Part shown: positions 19,187 to 27,582 of the stretch, one piece after another
Numbering within the stretch: position 1 is the stretch's first letter
How the letters are laid out: each line of letters begins with the position of its first letter
NCBI RefSeq assembly: GCF_000829155.1
Contig: NZ_AP013293.1
Span: forward strand, 180,001 to 212,000
Direction of reading: 5' to 3'
Source of the DNA: Candidatus Karelsulcia muelleri PSPU
Lineage (GTDB): Bacteria; Bacteroidota; Bacteroidia; Flavobacteriales; Blattabacteriaceae
DNA length: 32,000 nt
Notes under the pieces: model-generated
What the model was told of the DNA's origin: nothing
What the model saw: only the letters and a program-made list of their open reading frames with translations
Databases searched by the model: none
Program-made: the position numbers and the translations under genes

Positions 19187-20464
19187 ATGAAAAAAAATAA
19201 TATTGAAACTGAGACTAAAATAGTAAAACCTAAAAGATCTTATAAAAAAAAGATAAAAAACGTTAATGAAACTTCAATTGAAGGTGTAAAACCTAAAAGA
19301 TCTTATAAAAAAAAGATAAAAAACGTTAATGAAACTTCAATTGAAGGTGTAAAACCTAAAAGATCTTATAAAAGAAAACTTAAACCTGAAACGGAAGTAG
19401 CAAAACCTAAAAAAGATTATAAAACTGAAACGGAAGTAGCAAAACCTAAAAGATCTTATAAAAGAAAACTTAAACCTGAAACGGAAGTAGCAAAACCTAA
19501 AAAAGATTATAAACCTGAAACGGAAGTAGCAAAACCTAAAAAAGATTATAAAACTGAAACGGAAGTAGCAAAACCTAAAAGATCTTATAAAAGAAAACTT
19601 AAACCTGAAACGGAAGTAGCGAAATATAAACCGGAAACGGAAGTAGCAAAACCTAAAAGATCTTATAAAAGAAAACTTAAACCTGAAACGGAAGTAGCGA
19701 AATATAAACCGGAAACGGAAGTAGCAAAACCTAAAAGATCTTATAAAAGAAAACTTAAACCTGAAACGGAAGTAGCGAAATATAAACCGGAAACGAAAGT
19801 AGCAAAATATAAACCGGAAACGGAAGTAGCGAAATATAAACCGGAAACGGAAGTAGCAAAACCTAAAAAAGATTATAAACCGGAAACGGAAGTAGCGAAA
19901 TATAAACCGGAAACGAAAGTAGCAAAATATAAACCGGAAACGGAAGTAGCGAAACCTAAAAAATATTCTATAAAAAAAATTAAAACAGCAATTTTTCCAA
20001 TAAAAAATAAAATATTAGAATATTTTAATAATGAAATTAATCAAATTTTAAAAAATAAAAAAATCTATTTTAGATTAGATGAGTATAAATTATTAAATAA
20101 TAATATTATTTTAAATAAAAAAAAAAATAAAAAAATTATTTTTAATTTAAAAAAAAAATTAAAAAAAAAAAAAAAAATAAAATATAAACAAAATCTTGAA
20201 GAAATAGAATTAAGATTTTTAACTCCTTTTGAAGTAAAATTAAAAGAGAAAAAAAAATATTGTTTTTTTAAAAAAGCAAATATAGGTTATGTTGATTTTA
20301 AAAATCCATTATTTTTAATTAAATTTTTAAATGAAAGAGCAGAAATTCTTCCTAGAAGGATTACTGGAACTTCAAAAAAATTTCAAAGAAAAATAAAAAT
20401 AGCAGTAAAAAGATGTAAACAAATTGGTTTATTACCATATATAACTGATATATTAAGAAAATAA
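19187..20464 (+). CDS. rpsR: 30S ribosomal protein S18 with ~350-aa repeat-rich N-terminal extension
   Basis: C-terminus KKKYCFFKKANIGYVDFKNPLFLIKFLNERAEILPRRITGTSKKFQRKIKIAVKRCKQIGLLPYITDILRK is S18. The syntenic position between rpsF and rplI agrees. Confidence 0.93.
   Translation: MKKNNIETETKIVKPKRSYKKKIKNVNETSIEGVKPKRSYKKKIKNVNETSIEGVKPKRSYKRKLKPETEVAKPKKDYKTETEVAKPKRSYKRKLKPETEVAKPKKDYKPETEVAKPKKDYKTETEVAKPKRSYKRKLKPETEVAKYKPETEVAKPKRSYKRKLKPETEVAKYKPETEVAKPKRSYKRKLKPETEVAKYKPETKVAKYKPETEVAKYKPETEVAKPKKDYKPETEVAKYKPETKVAKYKPETEVAKPKKYSIKKIKTAIFPIKNKILEYFNNEINQILKNKKIYFRLDEYKLLNNNIILNKKKNKKIIFNLKKKLKKKKKIKYKQNLEEIELRFLTPFEVKLKEKKKYCFFKKANIGYVDFKNPLFLIKFLNERAEILPRRITGTSKKFQRKIKIAVKRCKQIGLLPYITDILRK
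19229..19954. repeat. In-frame coding minisatellite of 63/51/39/27-bp units in rpsR
   Basis: Units PKRSYKKKIKNVNETSIEGVK (x2), PKRSYKRKLKPETEVAK (x5), PKKDYK(T/P)ETEVAK (x4) and YKPET(E/K)VAK (x7) tile 242 codons with no gap. Confidence 0.98.
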
Positions 20465-20488
20465 TATTATTAATAATAAATTCATCAT

Positions 20489-20929
20489 ATGAAAGTAATT
20501 TTATTAAAAAAAAATAACAATTTAGGAAAAAAATTCGAAGAAATAGATGTTAAACCTGGTTATGGTCGTAATTTTTTATTACCTAAACGTTATGTAATAA
20601 TTGCGACTAATTCAGTTAGAAAAAAAATAATTGAATTTAAAAAAAAAATAATTCAAAATAAAATAAAAAACCTAAAAAAAATTTTTTTTTTTTTAAAAAA
20701 AAAAAAAAAAATAGAAATTACTTTTTATCTTAAATTAGGAAAAAATGGAAAATTACTAGGATCAATTACTAAAAAAAATATAAAAAAAATTTTTTTTTTA
20801 AAAAAAAATAAAATAAAAAAAATTTTTTTAGAAAAAAGAAAAATAAATAAAATTGGAATTTTTAACGGTTATTTTAATTTACCATATAAGATAAAATACA
20901 AATTTTTATTTAAAATATTTTATTACTAA
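20489..20929 (+). CDS. rplI: 50S ribosomal protein L9
   Basis: MKVILLKKNNNLGKKFEEIDVKPGYGRNFLLPKRYVIIATNSVRKKI. Confidence 0.93.
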   Translation: MKVILLKKNNNLGKKFEEIDVKPGYGRNFLLPKRYVIIATNSVRKKIIEFKKKIIQNKIKNLKKIFFFLKKKKKIEITFYLKLGKNGKLLGSITKKNIKKIFFLKKNKIKKIFLEKRKINKIGIFNGYFNLPYKIKYKFLFKIFYY

Positions 20930-21130
20930 TAAATGATTATAAAAAAAAAGTATTTGCTTTTTTAAAAATTTTTTTTTATATTTATAAAAGAAATAAAATT
21001 TACTTTTTATTTTTTCTTTCTTTAGAGAGAGGAGAAAAAAATTTTTTTTATAAATGAGAGAATAAACTTATTGAAGTTTTTTTTATTTGAATATAACAAA
21101 AAACTGTCCTCTCTTTAAAGAAGGAAAAAA

Positions 21131-21463
21131 TTAATTTTTAAGTTTTTTTTTAATTTTTTTAAAAGAAAGAAGATAATCTAAAAATTCTATTATAGAAATA
21201 GATGTAGGTTTGGTCATAATTTCATATTTTTTAGAAATTTTAATTCTTAAATCATTTAAAATAATTTTTTCAAATTTATCTTTTTCTTGTCCAAAAATAC
21301 CTATTTTACTATATAATGATTCTTTCATAAAATAATTTATTTGATAAGCTCTTTTTGCTAGAATCTGAACTAGATCATATATATTATTTCCTGTATTTTC
21401 AATTTTTTTTAGATCTATACTATAAGTAGATAAATCACTGTTTTTATATTTTAAATCAATCAT
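21131..21463 (-). CDS. RpoZ/Rpb6-like RNA polymerase omega-type subunit
   Basis: TGNNIYDLVQILAKRAYQINYFMKESLYSKI matches the Bacteroidota omega-like 'TGNIYEAI.I..KRA.QI...IK.EL..KL' pattern; lies next to bamD. Confidence 0.7.
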   Translation of the reverse strand: MIDLKYKNSDLSTYSIDLKKIENTGNNIYDLVQILAKRAYQINYFMKESLYSKIGIFGQEKDKFEKIILNDLRIKISKKYEIMTKPTSISIIEFLDYLLSFKKIKKKLKN

Positions 21464-21469
21464 AAATTT

Positions 21470-22357
21470 TTATTTATTTAAATAAAGTTTAGAATAAATA
21501 TCAACAATAATTAAATATGATTCTATTTTTTTAAATAAAAATAGAATTTTATTTGAAATTTTTAATTTGTTTTCAATTTTAAAATTATTATCATTTTTTT
21601 TAAAAAAAGATAAATAATTATCATATAATTTTCTTGTTTCTTGAAAAGAATAATTTTTATTATTTTCTTCTATTTTATATTGTGATATAATCATATATAT
21701 ATAAAATATTTGAGAATCTGGCATATATAGAAAATATTTAATTAAATATTTAAATATTATTAGTGAAGATTTATAGTTTTTTTTATTAAAATAATAATAT
21801 GCTATTGTTAAGTGTTTTTGTTTTATTTTAAAAACAGCCTTATAAAGGTTAGAATCAACTTCTTTTATTCTAATACTATTAGGATATAATTGTTTAAATT
21901 TTAAAAACAAATCTATTACTTTGTAAGTATTTTTTTGATCAAAATTAAAATCATTAGATTTAAAATAATAACACATTCCTAGATAAAAAAGACTTTCTTC
22001 TGAAAGAAAATTAGTATCAAATTTAAAAAAAACAGATTTAAAATCTAAAATAGCTGTATCAAAATTTAATAAAAAATAATTACATAATCCTCTAAAAAAT
22101 ATAATTTTTTTATAAATTGTTTTTTCTTTATTTAACGAATTTTTCTTTTCAGATAAAACCTCTTTTAAAACTTTTAAAGTTTCTTCATATTTTTCTTTAT
22201 GAAAAAAATTAAGTGCTCTTTTTATATTTTTTTTAAATCTTTTATTTGTTATTTGAGTTTTATCAAAAATTTGAATTAAATTAATCATTTTATGATTATG
22301 AATCATAAATGATTTTTCATATTTAAAAAAAAATAATAAATTAATGAATATATTCAT
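21470..22357 (-). CDS. bamD: BamD-like outer membrane assembly lipoprotein (TPR)
   Basis: TPR-like ALNFFHKEKYEETLKVLKEVL...FLKFKQLYPNS; flanked by rpoZ-like and dapA. The tracked ORF begins at 22444 inside dapA, so the Met at 22357 is the more plausible start. Confidence 0.6.
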   Translation of the reverse strand: MNIFINLLFFFKYEKSFMIHNHKMINLIQIFDKTQITNKRFKKNIKRALNFFHKEKYEETLKVLKEVLSEKKNSLNKEKTIYKKIIFFRGLCNYFLLNFDTAILDFKSVFFKFDTNFLSEESLFYLGMCYYFKSNDFNFDQKNTYKVIDLFLKFKQLYPNSIRIKEVDSNLYKAVFKIKQKHLTIAYYYFNKKNYKSSLIIFKYLIKYFLYMPDSQIFYIYMIISQYKIEENNKNYSFQETRKLYDNYLSFFKKNDNNFKIENKLKISNKILFLFKKIESYLIIVDIYSKLYLNK

Positions 22358-23240
22358 TAAATAAATGAACTTTTTTAAGTTCCAAAAAAAGTTTTTTTTC
22401 AAAATTTGGGCTACTTTTAAATAAAGGTAATCTAACATATTCATGACATAATCCTTTTAATTTTAATAAAGTTTTTATTCCAGAAGGATTACCTTCTTTA
22501 AAAATTAAAGATATAATATTAATTATATTATAATATATTTTATAAGCATAATTAATTTTTTTTTTTTTAATTAATAAAATTATTTTAGAAAATTCTTTTG
22601 GAAAGGCTTGTCCTATAACAGATATAATTCCATCTCCTCCTCCCAAAATTATAGGTAATACTAAATTATCATCACCAGATAAAATTATAAATTTTTTTGA
22701 AGTTTTTTTTTTTATAAAATTATATGATTGTATCAAATTTCCTGAAGCTTCTTTTATGCCTATAATATTTTTTTTTTTAATTAATTTATTAATAGTTTCT
22801 ATATTAATATTACAACCAGTTCTATGTGGAACATTATAAATAATAATATTTTTATCAGTATTATCAGATATTTTTTTAAAATGATTATAAATTCCTTTTT
22901 GAGTAGGTTTATTATAATAAGGACAAACAGATAAAATTGCATCAATACGATCTAAATTTATTCTGTTTAAATTATATATTACTTTTTTAGTATTATTACT
23001 ACCTATCCCTAAAACAATAGGTAATCTATCATTATTAACATTTTTTACACAATTTATAATATCAATTTTTTCTTTTAACTTTAATGTACAAGCTTCACCA
23101 GTAGTTCCTAATAATACTAAATATTTAACTCCTCCATCTATTACAGAAGAAACTAAATTTTCAAGAGACGTAAAATCTATTTTTCCTTGTTTATTAAAAG
23201 GAGTTATTAAAGCAATACCAAGACCCAAAAGTTTTTTCAT
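22341..23240 (-). CDS. dapA: 4-hydroxy-tetrahydrodipicolinate synthase
   Basis: GLGIALITPFNKQGKIDF, LLGTTGEACTLKLKEK, YNVPHRTGCN, IGIKEASG. Confidence 0.96.
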   Translation of the reverse strand: MKKLLGLGIALITPFNKQGKIDFTSLENLVSSVIDGGVKYLVLLGTTGEACTLKLKEKIDIINCVKNVNNDRLPIVLGIGSNNTKKVIYNLNRINLDRIDAILSVCPYYNKPTQKGIYNHFKKISDNTDKNIIIYNVPHRTGCNINIETINKLIKKKNIIGIKEASGNLIQSYNFIKKKTSKKFIILSGDDNLVLPIILGGGDGIISVIGQAFPKEFSKIILLIKKKKINYAYKIYYNIINIISLIFKEGNPSGIKTLLKLKGLCHEYVRLPLFKSSPNFEKKLFLELKKVHLFNEYIH

Positions 23241-23275
23241 TTATTTTAAATTAATAAATATGTTTATGAAACAAA

Positions 23276-23350
23276 TGGACATTATTGGATTTGAACCAAT
23301 GACCTTTACCCTGTCAAGATAACGCTCTTACCAAACTGAGCTAAATGTCC
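23276..23350 (-). tRNA. tRNA-Val(GAC)
   Basis: Acceptor GGACATT/AATGTCC, anticodon arm TTATC-TTGACAG-GGTAA, T loop GGTTCAAATCC. Confidence 0.88.
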
Positions 23351-23404
23351 TATATATATATAATAATATTTAATATTATTATGAATTTTTAATTTATTAA
23401 ATTA

Positions 23405-24406
23405 ATGATAGCAAAAGAAAAAATAAAAAAAATATGGATAAAAATTAAATTTTTTTATTTTTTATTAAAAATAAAAAATATAAAATATAAAAAAAAAAAT
23501 AAAAAAAAAGTAAAATATTTATATATTTTTATATATAAATTATTATATGATATAAAAATTTTATTAATAAATATAAAATTTCTAAAAAAAATAGAATTAA
23601 TTAATAAATTAAATAAAATTAAAAATTCAATTTATAAAATTGAAAGTAAAATACTTTTTACTAAAAAAGTATATAAATTAAATGCTATTATACAAATAAC
23701 TCCAGGAGCTGGAGGAACAGAAAGTTGTGATTGGGTTTCTATGTTATATAGAATGTATACTATGTGGGCAGAAAAAAATAATTATTCTATAAAAGAATTA
23801 TATAATTTACAAGGAGATGTTGGAGGTTTAAAATATATTCTTTTTGAAGTTCAAGGTTTTTATCCTTTTGGATTTTTAAAAGGAGAAAATGGAGTTCATA
23901 GATTAGTAAGAATTTCTCCATTTGATGATTCTAAAAGACATACATCATTTGCTTCTGTATATATATATCCATTAATTAATGATGATATAAAAATTCAAAT
24001 AAATAATTCAGATATAAAATGGTCTACATTTAGATCAGGAGGATCTGGTGGACAAAATGTAAATAAAGTTGAAACTGGAGTTAGATTACATCATAAACCT
24101 ACTAATATAATTATTGAAAATACTGAAACAAGATCACAAATTAATAATAAAACTAAAGCCTTAAAATTACTTAAATCTCGTTTATATTATATTGAAAAAA
24201 AAAATAAAAATATTATACGAAAAAAAAATAAATTAAAAAAAATAGAATGGGGATCTCAAATAAGGAATTATATTATGCATCCTTATAAATTAGTTAAAGA
24301 TTTAAAAACTGGATATGAAACATCAAATATAAATTCAGTAATGGATGGAAATATAAATAATTTTTTAAAAAATTATTTAATTCTTTTATTAAAAACAAAA
24401 AAGTAG
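23405..24406 (+). CDS. prfB: Peptide chain release factor 2
   Basis: [48 protein letters not shown] (SPF tripeptide), [22 protein letters not shown] (GGQ). Confidence 0.93.
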   Translation: MIAKEKIKKIWIKIKFFYFLLKIKNIKYKKKNKKKVKYLYIFIYKLLYDIKILLINIKFLKKIELINKLNKIKNSIYKIESKILFTKKVYKLNAIIQITPGAGGTESCDWVSMLYRMYTMWAEKNNYSIKELYNLQGDVGGLKYILFEVQGFYPFGFLKGENGVHRLVRISPFDDSKRHTSFASVYIYPLINDDIKIQINNSDIKWSTFRSGGSGGQNVNKVETGVRLHHKPTNIIIENTETRSQINNKTKALKLLKSRLYYIEKKNKNIIRKKNKLKKIEWGSQIRNYIMHPYKLVKDLKTGYETSNINSVMDGNINNFLKNYLILLLKTKK

Positions 24407-24556
24407 TATCTCTAGTCAGAGAGAAACAGATAGTTTAATTATTTTATAAAAAATTCTTCTCTACAGAAGAGAGAGCAAATACTTTTTTATTTTTATATTA
24501 ACATTTATAAAGTTATATTACTGGATAAATAATAATTTTTTTTTTAATATAAAAAT

Positions 24557-25270
24557 ATGAATATTGGATTAATAGGATATGGAAAAATGGGAAAATCTAT
24601 AGAAAAACAAGCTATACTACGTGGTCATAAAATTAGTTTTATTACTAATAAAACACCAACTTATAAAGAATTAAAAAAAAATGATATAGAAATGGTCATA
24701 GAATTTAGTTCTCCTAAATATGCTGTTTCAAATATAATTATTTGTATTGAAAATAATATATCTGTAGTTTGTGGAACTACAGGTTGGTATAAACATTTTT
24801 TTTTTATAAAAAAAAAATGTAAAAAATACAATGGATCATTCCTTTATTCTCCTAATTTTAGTATAGGTGTAAATATTCTTTTTTATATAAATAAATTATT
24901 AGCAAAATTAATGTTTAAATCTAATTTAGATTATAAAGTAAGTATAAAAGAAATACATCATAAAAATAAATTAGATACACCAAGTGGAACTGCTTTGCTT
25001 TTAGCAGAAGATATAATTATAGAAAAATATTGTGATAATTGGGGATTAATTAATTTTAAAAAAAAAAAAAAGTCCATATATATAGACTCAAAAAGAATAA
25101 ATAATATAATAGGAATACATTCTGTAATATATAATTCATCTATTGATAGTATAGAAATTAAACATAATGCTAATAATAGAAAAGGGTTCGCATTAGGTTC
25201 AATAATTGCAGCTGAATGGTTATTTAAAAAAACTGGAATTTTTTCTATGAAAGATGTTTTAAAATTATAA
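24557..25270 (+). CDS. dapB: 4-hydroxy-tetrahydrodipicolinate reductase
   Basis: MNIGLIGYGKMGKSIE, KEIHHKNKLDTPSGTAL, YSPNFSIGVNI. Confidence 0.94.
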   Translation: MNIGLIGYGKMGKSIEKQAILRGHKISFITNKTPTYKELKKNDIEMVIEFSSPKYAVSNIIICIENNISVVCGTTGWYKHFFFIKKKCKKYNGSFLYSPNFSIGVNILFYINKLLAKLMFKSNLDYKVSIKEIHHKNKLDTPSGTALLLAEDIIIEKYCDNWGLINFKKKKKSIYIDSKRINNIIGIHSVIYNSSIDSIEIKHNANNRKGFALGSIIAAEWLFKKTGIFSMKDVLKL

Positions 25271-25415
25271 AATAATAAAATTTTTAATATTTAAAATATT
25301 ATTATTAATAATAATTATTAAAATAATATATTTTTTAGCGACTTATAATATATATATAAAATATAAAAGAAAACTTTTTGAAGCTATAATTCCAATATAT
25401 AATGTCATTATATTA

Positions 25416-26627
25416 ATGAGTATCTTAAAAAGACCGATATGGTGGTCTATATTATTATATTTTCCTATAATTTTTTTTTTAATATATCCTTTATTATGTT
25501 TAGATATAATAAATCTTTATAAAGAACGTCATAATAAAAAAATATTATTTTTAACAATGGGGGCTTATTTAATATATTTAAATATAAAAAATAAGGTTTT
25601 GTTAAATAACATTAATAATAAAAAGAAAACATCTTTATTTTCTTATTTTATTTTTTCTTCTTTTATAAAAATATATATAATTCAATTTTTTTTTATTCCT
25701 ACTCCTTCTATGCAAGATAGTTTATTAGTGGGAGATTTTTTATTTGTAAGTAAATTCCATTATGGAATAAGAATTCCTATAACTCAAATTTTTTTTCCAT
25801 CAGAAAATAATGAAATTAAATTTTTAGGAATAAAATCTTATATAAATTATATAAAATTACCTTATATTAGATTACCTAAGTTTAAAACTATTAAATATAA
25901 TGATATTTTAGTATTTAATTTTCCAAATGATTTAAAAGAAATTCCTATTGATAGGACAAAATATTATATTAAACGTTGTATAGGTTTACCAGGAGATAAT
26001 TTAAAAATTAAAAATGGTTTTATTTATATAAATGGAATTTTAAAATCAAATGACAAAAATGTTTTTTTTTATAAAATTCAAAAAATTTTTAATTCATTCA
26101 ATATTTTATTTTTTTTAAAAAAATTATGTTTAAAAAAAGATTATATATATAATATAAAAATTAATGATTATAAAATTAATTTTTTTAAAAAAAATATTTT
26201 ATATATAAAAAAAAATATTATGCCAAAATATTTAAAAGAATATAATATTTTTCCAGAAGATAAATTCTGGAATCGTGATAATTATGGTCCTATATATATA
26301 CCAAAAATAGGAGATAATATATCTATAAATAAAAAAAATATAAATTTATATAAAGATATAATTGTTAAATATGAAAAAAATTCATTAAAATTAAAAGATG
26401 GTAATATATTTATAAATAATAAAAAAACATCTAATTATAAAATTAAAAAAAATTATTATTTTTTATTGGGAGATAATAGAAACAATTCATTAGATTCTCG
26501 TTATTGGGGTTTTTTACCATATGATTATATAGTAGGAAAGCCATTATTTATAATATTAAATTTAATTTTTAATAAAAAAAAAATATTTAAATTACGTTGG
26601 AATAGAATCTTTACTATTTTAAAATAA
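25416..26627 (+). CDS. lepB: Signal peptidase I (Bacteroidota type with large insert)
   Basis: FIPTPSMQDSLLVGDFLFVSKFHYG (catalytic Ser), RTKYYIKRCIGLPGDNLK (Lys), YFLLGDNRNNSLDSRYWGFLP. Homologous sequence continues upstream of 25416 (see findings). Confidence 0.93.
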   Translation: MSILKRPIWWSILLYFPIIFFLIYPLLCLDIINLYKERHNKKILFLTMGAYLIYLNIKNKVLLNNINNKKKTSLFSYFIFSSFIKIYIIQFFFIPTPSMQDSLLVGDFLFVSKFHYGIRIPITQIFFPSENNEIKFLGIKSYINYIKLPYIRLPKFKTIKYNDILVFNFPNDLKEIPIDRTKYYIKRCIGLPGDNLKIKNGFIYINGILKSNDKNVFFYKIQKIFNSFNILFFLKKLCLKKDYIYNIKINDYKINFFKKNILYIKKNIMPKYLKEYNIFPEDKFWNRDNYGPIYIPKIGDNISINKKNINLYKDIIVKYEKNSLKLKDGNIFINNKKTSNYKIKKNYYFLLGDNRNNSLDSRYWGFLPYDYIVGKPLFIILNLIFNKKKIFKLRWNRIFTILK

Positions 26628-26639
26628 ATTATAATAATT

Positions 26640-26837
26640 ATGAAATTAATTACAAATGTAAAAGAAGGAGAATCTATAGATAGAGTTTTAAAAAAATGTA
26701 AACAAAAATTTGATAAAGCTCGTATTTTAAAAAAATTACGTAAACGTCAACATTATATTAAACCTTCTGAAAGAAAAAGGAAAAAATTAATAAAAGCTAA
26801 ATATAGAGAATATATAAATTCTAAAAATTATGATTAA
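26640..26837 (+). CDS. rpsU: 30S ribosomal protein S21
   Basis: MKLITNVKEGESIDRVLKKCKQKFDKARILKKLRKRQHYIKPSERKRKK. Confidence 0.95.
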   Translation: MKLITNVKEGESIDRVLKKCKQKFDKARILKKLRKRQHYIKPSERKRKKLIKAKYREYINSKNYD

Positions 26838-27582
26838 AATATATGGATTAGTAGGTAAAAATATTAGTTATTCTTTTTCTAATTCTTTTTTTAAAAGAAA
26901 ATTTAAAAAAGAAAATATAAAAAATACTATATATAATATTTTTGATATAAAAAAATTATCATTAATAAATGAAATAATAAAAGTAAATAAAAATTTTTTA
27001 GGATTTAATGTAACTATTCCATATAAAAAAAAAATAATTTCTAAGATTAATATCATTAATAATAATTTAAAAAAAATAGGATCAATAAATACTGTTAAAA
27101 TCATAAATGATATTACTATAGGTTATAATACAGATATATATGGATTTGAAAATTCATTTAAACTTAAATTAAAATCATATCATAATAATGCCTTAATTTT
27201 AGGTAATGGTGGAGTATCTAAATCTATAATATATGTTTTAACAAAATTAGGTATAAAATATCTTGTTGTTTCAAGAAATAAAAAAAATGGTATTTCTTAT
27301 TCAAATATTTCTAAAGAAATTATTAATAATAATAATATTATTATTAATTGTACTCCATTGGGAACATATCCTAATATTAATGAATGTCCTAATATTCCTT
27401 ATGAATTTCTGTCAAAAAAACATTATTTATATGATTTAGTTTATAATCCTAAAGAAACTTTATTTTTAAAAAAAGGAAAAAATATAGGATGTATTGTCCA
27501 AAATGGACTAAATATGCTTTATTTACAGGCAAATCTTTCTTGGAAAATTTGGAATGAGATTAATTTTGATATATTATATTAA
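26830..27582 (+). CDS. aroE: Shikimate dehydrogenase
   Basis: YGLVGKNISYSFSNSFF, GFNVTIPYKKKI, NTDIYGFE, ALILGNGGVSKSI, NCTPLGTYPN. Confidence 0.95.
   Translation: MIKIYGLVGKNISYSFSNSFFKRKFKKENIKNTIYNIFDIKKLSLINEIIKVNKNFLGFNVTIPYKKKIISKINIINNNLKKIGSINTVKIINDITIGYNTDIYGFENSFKLKLKSYHNNALILGNGGVSKSIIYVLTKLGIKYLVVSRNKKNGISYSNISKEIINNNNIIINCTPLGTYPNINECPNIPYEFLSKKHYLYDLVYNPKETLFLKKGKNIGCIVQNGLNMLYLQANLSWKIWNEINFDILY

Noticed and set aside
19229-19954. Array of short repeats that could be mistaken for CRISPR or satellite DNA
   Set aside because: There are no unique spacers. All units are multiples of 3, contiguous and in frame within rpsR, so it is a coding repeat.
22358-22444. Upstream extension of the bamD ORF
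   Set aside because: This part overlaps the well-conserved dapA 3' end; the start at 22357 gives a small overlap typical of compact operons.
25271-25330. AT palindromes (aatatttaaaatatt, ttattaataataa) after dapB as a terminator
   Set aside because: Palindromic A/T runs are expected by chance at this base composition, and the lepB reading frame appears to run through the region.
26868-27104. 78-aa reverse ORF
   Set aside because: Antisense shadow of aroE.
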